Source: Longimicrobiales bacterium
GTDB lineage: Bacteria > Gemmatimonadota > Gemmatimonadetes > Longimicrobiales > Gaopeijiaceae
Direction of reading: 5' to 3'
DNA: 64,000 bases
NCBI GenBank assembly: GCA_965226375.1
Contig: CBDDCX010000008.1
Coordinates: 992,001-1,056,000, forward strand
The translations under genes and the position numbers were made by a program. The notes beneath the pieces are model-generated. The model searched no databases, was not told the DNA's origin, and saw nothing but the letters and a program-made list of their open reading frames with translations. Positions 51,294 through 60,546 of the stretch are shown piece after piece. The stretch's first letter is position 1, and each line of letters begins with the position of its first letter.

Positions 51294-52433
51294 GTGAGCC
51301 TAAAAAAGTCGAGACTGACCCCCCGCGTTTGCGCCCTTCTCCTATCCGCGGTCGCCCTGACCGCATGTGACGGCGGTAGTGACGGCACCTCGCCACCTCT
51401 TCAAACGGGCGATGACCCGCCGACGGTGGACGTGCCGAAAGAAGAGTTCTGCAGCATTCCCGAAGAGTTCATTTTTTCGGGCGGAGTGAGCAGAGATGGC
51501 ATCCTCTCTCTGGTCAATCCACCGCTCGGCACCGTCGACGCTCCCGAGATCGCTTACTTGAGGGACTCCGACCGCGTGATCGGGATGGAGGCAGGGGGCG
51601 AGTTCATCGCTGTGCCGCACAACATCGGGTGGGCGCACGAGATCGTGAATTTCGATGATTTCGGGATTCCGCTCGCCGTGTCGTACTGCCCTCTCACGGG
51701 GTCGAGCATGGTCTTCGACCGTAGGACCGTGCAAGGGTCCGATTTTGGCGTTTCGGGCCTGCTCTATGGCAACAACCTGATCATGTTCAACCGCCGCACC
51801 GATGGAGGGGAGGAGTCGCTCTTTCCGCAGATGTCGCGCGGAGCTCGGTGCGGCCCCCTGGACGGTGCGCCCCTGCCCATGTTTCCCTCGACCGAGATGC
51901 GCTGGGACGCCTGGAGGGAGCTACACCCCGAGACCCTGGTCGTCTCCGGCGAGCTCGGCTTCGGACGTGATTACCGGTTGTATCCGTATGGCGACTACGA
52001 GGATATCAACAACCCCGAGACTCTGTTTCTGAACGAGGAAATAGACCCCCGGCGCCCCCCGAAGGAGCGTCTCCTCGGCATTCCACGTGACGACGGCTTC
52101 GGAATGGCCTTCCCGTTCACGCTTCTGGAAGCCATGGGCAACAAGGCCGTGGTTCACGACGACGTTCAGGGCACTCGATCGGTCGTCGTGTTCTGGTCTA
52201 CCGAGGGTCAATCCGCCGTGGCGTTCAAGCCCACGGTAAATGGTCAGGCCCTCACGTTCGAGGTCCGTGACGACAAGTTCTCAGACGTGGAGACCGGGAC
52301 CGAGTGGACGATGGCGGGAAGGGCAGTCTCGGGGCCACTCGCTGGCTCGGTGCTTGAGCCCATTCACGACGCATACGTAGCGTTCTGGTTCGCCTGGGCG
52401 ACGTTCCATCCCAATACGGGGCTCCTGGAGTAG
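51294..52433 (+). CDS. DUF3179-family lipoprotein (Cys form)
   Basis: LTAC lipobox; DGI, HEIVN, VSYCPLTGS, FGVSGLLY.NNLIM, FWFAWATFHP. Confidence 0.88.
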   Translation: MSLKKSRLTPRVCALLLSAVALTACDGGSDGTSPPLQTGDDPPTVDVPKEEFCSIPEEFIFSGGVSRDGILSLVNPPLGTVDAPEIAYLRDSDRVIGMEAGGEFIAVPHNIGWAHEIVNFDDFGIPLAVSYCPLTGSSMVFDRRTVQGSDFGVSGLLYGNNLIMFNRRTDGGEESLFPQMSRGARCGPLDGAPLPMFPSTEMRWDAWRELHPETLVVSGELGFGRDYRLYPYGDYEDINNPETLFLNEEIDPRRPPKERLLGIPRDDGFGMAFPFTLLEAMGNKAVVHDDVQGTRSVVVFWSTEGQSAVAFKPTVNGQALTFEVRDDKFSDVETGTEWTMAGRAVSGPLAGSVLEPIHDAYVAFWFAWATFHPNTGLLE

Positions 52434-52524
52434 GCGATTCCAGGAATCGCCGTTCGCGGGCGACCGAAGACTACGAGCTGATCAAGGGATTCTAGGCATC
52501 TAAATGGTCTTCGCATCGGGCATG

Positions 52525-52544
52525 ATACTTGACATGCACAATAT
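52525..52544. promoter_or_regulatory. Putative MarR operator overlapping a TTGACA -35 element
   Basis: ATACTTGACATGCACAATAT, 16/20 identical to the site at 53040. Confidence 0.6.
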
Positions 52545-52591
52545 AAGCTAGCAGACTATATTCGTGCGAAGACTCATTCCAATCACGACAC

Positions 52592-53017
52592 ATGCCTCTT
52601 TCAGCCCATCAACAAGCGATCGTCTCGGTGATGCAGGCCGCAGGCCGCATGCGTAGGCAGTTCGGGGGTGTCCTGAGTGAGGAGAGGATTGGGTCCTCAC
52701 AGTACAACATTCTCCGCATTTTGCGCGGAGCAGGGGAGCCGCTCCCCGTCATGACGATTCGGGAACGCATGTTGGATCCCGAGCCCTCGATCACACGGCT
52801 CATCGATCGACTTGTCGTTCGTGGTCTGGTGGAGCGCGAGCCATGTGCGGATGACCGTCGGCGTATCGACTGCACGATCACCGCTACGGGCCTCGCACTC
52901 ATCAGTAGGCTGGATGAACCTGTCGATGTCCGTGATCGGCAGCTTACGGCGCGCCTCACGAAAAAGGAGCTGAACACGCTCTCGGCTTTGTTGGATCGAC
53001 TCGGAGACCCGGAGTAG
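52592..53017 (+). CDS. MarR-family regulator
   Basis: QYNILRILRGA, ITRLIDRL..RGLVER...DRR...IT..G. Confidence 0.92.
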   Translation: MPLSAHQQAIVSVMQAAGRMRRQFGGVLSEERIGSSQYNILRILRGAGEPLPVMTIRERMLDPEPSITRLIDRLVVRGLVEREPCADDRRRIDCTITATGLALISRLDEPVDVRDRQLTARLTKKELNTLSALLDRLGDPE

Positions 53018-53039
53018 GCCGGTCCTTCTATTTCATCAC

Positions 53040-53059
53040 ATACTTCGCATGCAAACTAT
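53040..53059. promoter_or_regulatory. Putative MarR operator upstream of the nmrA-like gene
   Basis: Near-palindrome ATACTTCGCATGCAAACTAT. Confidence 0.6.
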
Positions 53060-53087
53060 GGGCAAGCACAGCAAAAGGTGAAACATC

Positions 53088-53966
53088 ATGGGAGACAACA
53101 AGCTGCTGGTTCTGGTGACGGGCGCGACGGGGCAGCAGGGCGGCGCGGTCACTCAAGCCCTGCTCCAGAGGGGGCACAGTGTGCGCGCCATGGTGCGCGA
53201 CACGAACAGCGAGAAGGCGGTCACCCTTGGACAGATGAGTGTCGAGCTCATCGTGGGTGATATGGAGGACACGGAGAGCATCGCCGCCGCGGCCCGGGGA
53301 GTAGACGCGATGTTCGCGGTGACGTCTCCGTTCGTGCTTGGCACAGACCACGAGACGGTCCACGGAAAGAACCTCGTGGACGGTGCCGTGCAGGCCGGCG
53401 TGAGTCATTTCGTATACTCATCCGTTGCCTCCGCCGACAAAGAAACGGGCGTCCCCCACTTCGAGAGCAAGTGGGAGGTCGAGAAACACCTGAGCGAGTC
53501 CGGGCTGAACTGGACCGTTTCAGCGCCGGTGTTCTTCTTTGAGAACATCTCTTCGCCTTGGCTCGCGGCCGACCTGGAGAACGGGCAATACCGCCAGGCC
53601 ATGCCCGCGGACCGGGCGCTACAGATGATCGGTGTGGCGACCATCGGTTCGTTCAACGCGGCCGTCATCGACGGGCGCGAGGAGTTCTATGGCCAGCGTA
53701 TAGACATCGCTTCTGATGAGCTCACCGGGGCCCAGACAGCCGCCGCGCTCTCAAAGGCGGTGGGGCGCACCATCACGTTCGGTGAGCAGCCGATCGAAGA
53801 AGTGCGTGCCAGTTTCGGTGAGGACATGGCCCTCATGTATGAGTGGTTCAACGAGGTCGGTTATGACGTCGATATCGAAGACCTCGAGGCCCGCTTCCCA
53901 CGCGTCGGTTGGAAGTCCTTCGCGGAATGGTCCGTCGGAGCGTTCACGAATGCGGGGGCAGCATGA
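53088..53966 (+). CDS. NmrA/HSCARG-family NAD(P)-binding protein
   Basis: VTGATGQQGG, FVYSSV, PHFESK. Confidence 0.92.
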   Translation: MGDNKLLVLVTGATGQQGGAVTQALLQRGHSVRAMVRDTNSEKAVTLGQMSVELIVGDMEDTESIAAAARGVDAMFAVTSPFVLGTDHETVHGKNLVDGAVQAGVSHFVYSSVASADKETGVPHFESKWEVEKHLSESGLNWTVSAPVFFFENISSPWLAADLENGQYRQAMPADRALQMIGVATIGSFNAAVIDGREEFYGQRIDIASDELTGAQTAAALSKAVGRTITFGEQPIEEVRASFGEDMALMYEWFNEVGYDVDIEDLEARFPRVGWKSFAEWSVGAFTNAGAA

Positions 53967-54397
53967 GCAAGCCTCGCGTCGTGTACCCGAAGGACCCGGC
54001 TTATGTGATCCACGGTGCCGGTGACGAATACCGATACCTGGCCACCGGAGCGCAGACGGACGGATCCTACTTCATGCTGGAGGCGGTGGTGCCGCCGGGT
54101 GCGGGGCCACCGCCCCACGTGCAGACCCGTGAAGAAGAGGGCTTCTACATGTTGGAGGGCACGCTGACGTTCTATCCTGAAGGCGAAGAAGTCGTCGCGG
54201 GGCCCGGGACCTTCGTTCACATACCGCGCGGTGTCGTGCACAACTTCAGGAATCTCACGGATGAGTCGGCGCGTGTGCTCATCTGGTTCGCACCGGCCGG
54301 AATCGAGGACATGTTCAGTAAAATGGCCCGGGATCCGGAACGGTACATGGAAATTGGTGCCGAGTATGGTGTCTCCTTCCCGAAAGCGAGCGACTGA
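53963..54397 (+). CDS. Cupin-domain protein
   Basis: GPPPHVQTREEEGFY, IPRGVVHNF; ATGA overlap with the upstream gene. Confidence 0.88.
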   Translation: MSKPRVVYPKDPAYVIHGAGDEYRYLATGAQTDGSYFMLEAVVPPGAGPPPHVQTREEEGFYMLEGTLTFYPEGEEVVAGPGTFVHIPRGVVHNFRNLTDESARVLIWFAPAGIEDMFSKMARDPERYMEIGAEYGVSFPKASD

Positions 54398-54511
54398 ACC
54401 GCTTGCCGACGGCGCGCGGAGGTCGATCAGGGGTTCGCTAATGAACGATTGTTCCCGTCGGGGTAGGCCGACTCGATCGGACGCAACCAGAGGGTACGAA
54501 ACGTGGAAGCC

Positions 54512-54670
54512 ATGGTCGCTTACTCCATCTACCTGGCCGGTGCAGTGGCATCTAGTGCTTGGGTCTACCTGGACGCGAAGAAGCATGATCATGCCCACCC
54601 ACGCTGGGTCGCCTTTGGTACGGCCGTGCTCTTCCCGTTCGGACTCCTCTTTTACATAATGTCGCGTTGA
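54512..54670 (+). CDS. Small two-TM membrane protein (52 aa; not in the ORF track)
   Basis: MVAYSIYLAGAVASSAWVYLDAKKHDHAHPRWVAFGTAVLFPFGLLFYIMSR. Confidence 0.65.
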   Translation: MVAYSIYLAGAVASSAWVYLDAKKHDHAHPRWVAFGTAVLFPFGLLFYIMSR

Positions 54671-54737
54671 TCCGAAGGAGCGTTCAACGCTCCGGTATCG
54701 GTTCTGAACTCCGAATAACTCGGCCTAGTGTGCTACC

Positions 54738-55847
54738 TCAAACCCCCGCCCCGCGTCGAGAGACGACCTCGATCACCACTGCATGCTCGCGGTAGACCCC
54801 CGGGGCCCTCACCAATCGACGAATCTCCTCGACCTCGGCCCCTCGACGGTCTTTGATCATTTCGGACGAGCCAGCCCAGAGTTGTCCATCGAGGAAGAGT
54901 GTTCCTCTGACCGTCTCCGAGTCCCCGTCCAGCCACGCTGGCCGTTCGAGGCGGATGAGGTCGTAAACGGAGCTGTCGTCAGGGCGAGCGGAGATGTCCT
55001 CCCGGGTGATCCGTTCTATGAGAACGATGGTATTCACAGGCGGAAGCCTCGGGGCTACGGCTGCTCGTCGCCGACGGACACGGCCGCCCCTCCATGCGTT
55101 GGGCGTGAGACTCATGCCGATCTGGAACGACAGCGAGTTATGCTTACGGGAGAATGAATCGCTGTAGGTGCCGAACGCAGTCGCAATAGCTTCCGCCAGG
55201 TCGGAAGTCTCGTCGAACGTGGTCATCATTCTCGTGTAGCGCGCGTCCAAGTAAACCTTGGTGGGACCGATATTGAACGAGAGGTCTACGCCGGCGGTCC
55301 CACCAAAATCATTTCCCTTGGTGTTGTAGTTCAGAGGACTGACGTATGGAAACGCTCCCTCATAAGGCGGGACCTGGGCTTTGGACTTGGTACCGGTCGC
55401 TTTGGCTCCGACAAGGAATGATACGATCGGCCCAGCGAAGACGCTCAAGGTGGGCGACCATCCTCCCGGCGTCACACGGAGCTTGAGGACGGGCACGAAA
55501 TCGAGATAATTGTAGTTCCACAACCAATTGGTCACATCACCCAGTGTCTCGGTGTGGATGTCGCCCCCCGTCGCCCCCCTCCTCGAGTAATACGCTTCGG
55601 GCTGCACTGAAAACGGTCCCCACAAACCGGTGTTGAGAAAGGCACCGAAAATATGCCCTTGCCGAGTCGTAGATTCGCCAATGTTCTCGCCGTAGAAGCT
55701 CGAGAGGTTCAGGCCGCCTTTCAGGCCCACATCGGTCTGTGCGAGTGTGGGGGTGGCGACAAGAAGACCACTGACGCCCAGCATGAGGAAGGGGGTGGAG
55801 AACTGCCGACCCATGAATCGCATCGGTCGGATCGTATTCGTCATCAT
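54738..55847 (-). CDS. Outer-membrane beta-barrel (OmpA/PorT-like) protein with C-terminal extension
   Basis: AGGAG RBS, signal peptide, GLKGGLNLS, SVQPEAYYS.RG, LDARY. Confidence 0.75.
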   Translation of the reverse strand: MMTNTIRPMRFMGRQFSTPFLMLGVSGLLVATPTLAQTDVGLKGGLNLSSFYGENIGESTTRQGHIFGAFLNTGLWGPFSVQPEAYYSRRGATGGDIHTETLGDVTNWLWNYNYLDFVPVLKLRVTPGGWSPTLSVFAGPIVSFLVGAKATGTKSKAQVPPYEGAFPYVSPLNYNTKGNDFGGTAGVDLSFNIGPTKVYLDARYTRMMTTFDETSDLAEAIATAFGTYSDSFSRKHNSLSFQIGMSLTPNAWRGGRVRRRRAAVAPRLPPVNTIVLIERITREDISARPDDSSVYDLIRLERPAWLDGDSETVRGTLFLDGQLWAGSSEMIKDRRGAEVEEIRRLVRAPGVYREHAVVIEVVSRRGAGV

Positions 55848-56063
55848 CGTTCTCCTAGGACCTTCACAGCCGCTTCGAACCCAACGCGAACGCAAGAACC
55901 GGGGTTCCCGCACAGGGCAGGGAGCAATATCGTCGTGCACGGGGTTGTCAGCCAGTCAGTTCCCAATATAGCCCTTCGTTCGTAGATAGGACGACGCAGG
56001 CCCCAGTTCTAGACGACAAACTGGGTGATTGGGCGGAATTCGGATGGGAGGCTTGGCACCGGG

Positions 56064-56549
56064 TCAGAAAACGATGTCGGATCCGCGTGCTTGTCCTCCC
56101 CAAGTGATCCAAATCGCTTCACCGGGCTCGTTCTGGGCCTCTTCGGCAATCGAAAAACTCCGCACACCGAAACACCCGAAGCAGCCGACCTGCGGATCGT
56201 CGGCTCTTCGAAAGAGGTCCAAACCCCACTGGAAGTTGTCGGCCATCGGCAGGGAGAAGGAGCCCTGAGCCACGACCGCGCCATCTTGTGTCAGTTCTAT
56301 CGCGATCAGAAGATCTCCGGAATTCGGAACCTCGGCGAAGATCTCGAGGAGCCCGTCCGAATCGTCGACAAAATCTTCGGACGTGTATTCCGAAGAGTCG
56401 AGCCACAGTCGAATCCCTTCGATTCCTTCCGGCTCACTAATTGATGCGCGAGCTCGGATCTCGATCGTGGAACGACTGGATGAACATCCCACGGCAAGAC
56501 CGAATACCGGAAAGAGGCTCATCAGAAGGAGGAGCTGGCGTGTACGCAC
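56064..56549 (-). CDS. Hypothetical lipoprotein
   Basis: LAVGC lipobox; acidic, beta-rich body containing CFGC. Confidence 0.6.
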   Translation of the reverse strand: MRTRQLLLLMSLFPVFGLAVGCSSSRSTIEIRARASISEPEGIEGIRLWLDSSEYTSEDFVDDSDGLLEIFAEVPNSGDLLIAIELTQDGAVVAQGSFSLPMADNFQWGLDLFRRADDPQVGCFGCFGVRSFSIAEEAQNEPGEAIWITWGGQARGSDIVF

Positions 56550-56747
56550 TTTTGTTGGGCCCTCAAGGGACTTGGCCGCGGTCGAAGCGTTTCAGGAAGA
56601 ACGAGCGAGCCTCCCGATCTGTGACAATCGCCTTGCGACTTCACGGATTCTACACACATGTTATCCGCCCGTTGCTCAGGACCCGTACCGTGGGATGTCT
56701 CGGCGTGTGGCTGCCAGTCACGAGCGAGCCCGTCGTCGTCTGCCTCG

Positions 56748-57515
56748 CTATCTGCCTCCGTTGATGGACAGAACCTGGCCGGTAATCCAGCCGGCGTACT
56801 CGGACGCGAAGAAGAGCACTCCGGACGCGATGTCGTCCGGTGTCCCCAGCCGTCTGAGCGAGATGCTCTCGACGAGGCGGCGCTGGCCGTCTTCACCGTA
56901 GGACTGCCACTGGTGCTCCGTACTTGGATTCGACCGAACGAATCCGGGGGCGATGTTGTTCACGGTGATTCCCCAGGGACCGAGCTCGTGGGCGAGCTGA
57001 CGCGTGAGACCGATCTGGGCGGCCTTGGCGGAGGCATAACCTTGAATACCGGTCAAACTGACGCCTAGCCCGGCACCGCTCGAGATGTTGATGATGCGGC
57101 CGCTCCCGGCAGCCTTCATGGTCGGGGCGACCGCCTGTGCGAAGGTGAACGCGCCGGTCGCGTTGACGTCGAAGAGCCCCTGCCACTCTGAAGGGGTCAC
57201 GTCCTCGAGCGGTTTCCCCACCTGGCCGAGCACGCCCCCGGCGTTGTTGACCAGAACATCGAGGGCGCCGGCTGTGGAGGACACTTCTTCAACAAAGGCG
57301 AATACGGCGTCTCGATCAGTCACGTCTACCCGTCGTACTTCGCACGATCCGGTCGCCCCTTCGCAGAGCTTGCGTGTCTCTGCCAGTGCGTCCTCGAGAA
57401 GGTCACACGCCCAAACCGCGCCACCGCGTTGTGCGAATCGGACCGCGATCTGGCGGCCGAAGCCGTGGGCCGCGCCCGTTACGATGATCGTCTTGCCAGC
57501 AAACTGAATGTCCAT
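56748..57515 (-). CDS. SDR oxidoreductase
   Basis: TGAAHGFG, NNAGG, YASAK, APGF. Confidence 0.92.
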   Translation of the reverse strand: MDIQFAGKTIIVTGAAHGFGRQIAVRFAQRGGAVWACDLLEDALAETRKLCEGATGSCEVRRVDVTDRDAVFAFVEEVSSTAGALDVLVNNAGGVLGQVGKPLEDVTPSEWQGLFDVNATGAFTFAQAVAPTMKAAGSGRIINISSGAGLGVSLTGIQGYASAKAAQIGLTRQLAHELGPWGITVNNIAPGFVRSNPSTEHQWQSYGEDGQRRLVESISLRRLGTPDDIASGVLFFASEYAGWITGQVLSINGGR

Positions 57516-57573
57516 CAATAGATGCCTCGGCATCGCCATTCTCGGTGCATCAGCCTAGTGATGTCCGGGCGCA

Positions 57574-58275
57574 CTAGTCCCATCCGCCGTCCATCATCGC
57601 CCGCGTTTCCTCCACGCCCACGTTCCAGATGGCCATCATCTCCTCGTCAGGGCGCCGATACACGCCCCCCAGGTTGCCGTCTCCGATCACCGCACGAAGT
57701 TCCTGACCCATGAGGCGTGCCTTCCCGGCACGGTCCACAGGATCCTTTTGACCTTCGGGTAGATCGACACCGTCCAGGCGAGTCCAGGCAAAATTCTCGA
57801 ACCAGGATGCGTGGCTCTCGACCGGATCGAGCTCGCGGGCAGCGGAAAGAAACGCGGGTCCCTGCCACCACTGGAAGAACTTGACGCGACAGCCGGGGTG
57901 GTCCGCCATCCATTCCGTGGCCATGGCTCCAGCCGGTGCGTTGCCCCCATGACCGCTCACGATGAGGATTCGGCGAAAGCCGGTCTGAGAAAGGCTGTCG
58001 AGGATGTCCCGCACGACCTGGACAAAGGTTGCCGTTCGGAGAGTGATCGTGCCGGGATACGCCATGAAGTAGGGAGCCAGCCCGTACGGCATGACAGGAA
58101 AAACAGGCACCCCAAGAGGCTCCGCAGCCTCGACAGACACCCTCTCGGCGAGGATGCTATCCACCGACAGACTCAAGTAGGCATGCTGTTCGGTGCTGCC
58201 CAGAGGTAGAACCGCCCGATCATCGTGCTTCAGGTATTCTTCTACCTGCATCCAGTTCATGTCGGTGATTCTCAT
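57574..58275 (-). CDS. Creatininase-family protein (cytoplasmic)
   Basis: LGSTEQHAYLSLSVD, GHGGN, HASWFE. Confidence 0.9.
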   Translation of the reverse strand: MRITDMNWMQVEEYLKHDDRAVLPLGSTEQHAYLSLSVDSILAERVSVEAAEPLGVPVFPVMPYGLAPYFMAYPGTITLRTATFVQVVRDILDSLSQTGFRRILIVSGHGGNAPAGAMATEWMADHPGCRVKFFQWWQGPAFLSAARELDPVESHASWFENFAWTRLDGVDLPEGQKDPVDRAGKARLMGQELRAVIGDGNLGGVYRRPDEEMMAIWNVGVEETRAMMDGGWD

Positions 58276-59471
58276 CGGGTTTCCCAGCTTAGCCACAATT
58301 CGGGCGGCTTGCGAAATTCGTATCCGGAAAAGACGGTCGGGCGCCCGGCGTCGAGCGCCAGGTTCGGGAAGCGGTTCAGCAGTGCGGTGATCGCGGTATG
58401 AATCTCGAGCCGTGCGAGTGGAGCACCCAGGCAGAAGTGACGCCCCGATCCGCACCCGACGTGGTCGCGAGCGTTGGAGCGGTGGATGTCGAAGTGATCG
58501 GGATTTTCGAACCGCTCCGGGTCGCGGTTGGCCGCTCCCAGCATGCACTGCACCACTTCACCCTTCGCGATGGCCACCCCCCGCAACGACGTATCGCTCG
58601 TGGCGTGTCGCGTACAGGACTGTACGGACGGTTGCCAGCGAAGGGACTCCTCGATGGCGTTGTCGAGCAGCGCTGGATTCGCCCGGAGTTCGACGAGTTG
58701 GTCCGGGTGTGACAGCAGGCTCCACACGGTATTGCAGAGTTGTGCCTCGGTCGTCTCGATACCTCCAAACATGATGATCAACGCGTTCGATACGATCTCG
58801 GTGTCGGTCAGCCGGTCGGGCGACTCCGCGAGACGCCTCAACAGCGAGTCGGGCGAGATGTCCTGAATCGACTCCACGATCGACCGGACGAGTGTGGCGA
58901 ACTCCTTCGAGGCCTCCTGGCCCAGGGCGCGAACGTCATGATCATGGGCAAAGTTGGCGAGGGCGTCGGCAAACCGGTCGTACCAGGCGGCGATCTCCGG
59001 CACCCGGTCCAACGGTAATCCGAGGATCTCCGTAACGGTCTCGACAGCCAGGGGCCGAGCGACCTGTGAGCGCAATTCTCCTCGCTCGCCGCCGGCAAAC
59101 GCGGAGATGAGGCGAGCCACACGATCGTGCACGCTCGAACCCACCGAATCCGCCAGGTCCCTAGGACGGAACATCCCCATACACTGTCTCTTGTGCCTGA
59201 TCTGGTCAGGACCGTCGAGCGTCATCATGTGGCGGCCGAACATGTCCCGGATGATCGACTCCTCGGTGTCGACTGTGTAGGTCTGAACGTCGGACAGCAA
59301 AGCCCGCACGTCGTCGTAGCGGGTCACGAACCACATGCCGGTCTCGGGTACCCACGTGACCGGTTCGTGCTCGCGCAGCTCGGCCAGGATGGGGTACGGG
59401 TCGCCGCTCAGCCGTGCCATGGTGACCTGGCTGCCCAAGGGAAATCGGGACGTCCGATCGCCAACGCTCAT
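58272..59471 (-). CDS. Cytochrome P450
   Basis: GGIETT I-helix, EESLR, AANRDP, GSGRHFCLG. Confidence 0.93.
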   Translation of the reverse strand: MSVGDRTSRFPLGSQVTMARLSGDPYPILAELREHEPVTWVPETGMWFVTRYDDVRALLSDVQTYTVDTEESIIRDMFGRHMMTLDGPDQIRHKRQCMGMFRPRDLADSVGSSVHDRVARLISAFAGGERGELRSQVARPLAVETVTEILGLPLDRVPEIAAWYDRFADALANFAHDHDVRALGQEASKEFATLVRSIVESIQDISPDSLLRRLAESPDRLTDTEIVSNALIIMFGGIETTEAQLCNTVWSLLSHPDQLVELRANPALLDNAIEESLRWQPSVQSCTRHATSDTSLRGVAIAKGEVVQCMLGAANRDPERFENPDHFDIHRSNARDHVGCGSGRHFCLGAPLARLEIHTAITALLNRFPNLALDAGRPTVFSGYEFRKPPELWLSWETR

Positions 59472-59813
59472 CGGGAGCGTCTCAATCCGTCAGAGTCCAT
59501 GCCACGAGGGTGACGGTAATGCTACGAATGACAATTCTCATGGTGTCCTCATGGACTGTGAGAGTCCAACCGATGCCTGTTTGGCAGGCCTGGACAACGT
59601 GAGCGGCAGGCCAGAACGGGGCAATACGACCTCATATGCCGAGTGTTTGATAAGCCCGTGTCTACACCGGTCTTTGCGCCCTGGAGGAAACAGAGGCGCG
59701 GGCGTCGCCGGCCACCTATATTGTCTCGCCCGATTATCCTTGCCGTGCTCGCTTCAACGAGTGGGCGTCAGGAGGATGTTCTGTTGCGGACGTACCCGTT
59801 GGAGGAAACTGAG

Positions 59814-60509
59814 ATGAAGAGAATCGCGATTGCCCTCATTGCTCTCGCCGTTGCGGCACCCCTGAGCGCGCAGGCCGGCGCCATGGAAGACGATCCGACG
59901 ACTGAGGTCACCGGCACGGGAGACCTTCCGGACGGCTGGATGGTGCGCTTCGACCCGGTCCGGGTCCGCCCCAACCGCCCCACTCGACCGACGCCGACCG
60001 TGGCGGACGTCAACTTCCGGGTGATGGGCAGTGGACTGCACGCCACGTCCGGTCCGGCGGGCGTCTACTACAAAGCCGGTGACGAGGCCAGCGGCGAGTA
60101 CACGGTGACTGTTCGCTTCTCGCAGTCCAAGAGTATGGGCCACGAGGCATACGGCATCGTCATTGGTGGATCGAACCTACAGGAATCCACGCAGAACTAC
60201 CTGTACTTCCTGGTCCGGCCCAACGATGGCGGCATCCTGATCAATCATCGATCGAGCGATGCCGCACCGACCAAGCTCGTGGGCTGGGAAGTGCATGCGT
60301 CCGTCGGCGCGGAAGACGCTGATGGTAAGGCCGCCAATACGCTGTCGGTGCGTGTCACCAATGACGCCGTGCATTTCCTGGCCAACGGCGAAGAAGTGAG
60401 CACGTTGTCGAGGGAGCAGTTGGGCGGCGCCAGCACCGATGGACAGATCGGGCTGCGCATCAACCACAATCTCGACCTGCATATCGCCGAGTTCTCGATC
60501 ACGCATTAG
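59814..60509 (+). CDS. Secreted hypothetical protein (concanavalin-like beta-sandwich possible)
   Basis: GGAGG RBS, classical signal peptide, HEAYG, GQIGLRINH. Confidence 0.7.
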   Translation: MKRIAIALIALAVAAPLSAQAGAMEDDPTTEVTGTGDLPDGWMVRFDPVRVRPNRPTRPTPTVADVNFRVMGSGLHATSGPAGVYYKAGDEASGEYTVTVRFSQSKSMGHEAYGIVIGGSNLQESTQNYLYFLVRPNDGGILINHRSSDAAPTKLVGWEVHASVGAEDADGKAANTLSVRVTNDAVHFLANGEEVSTLSREQLGGASTDGQIGLRINHNLDLHIAEFSITH

Positions 60510-60546
60510 GCAGTCCCAGGTCCCAAGGATGTAACAGGAGGTGGTC

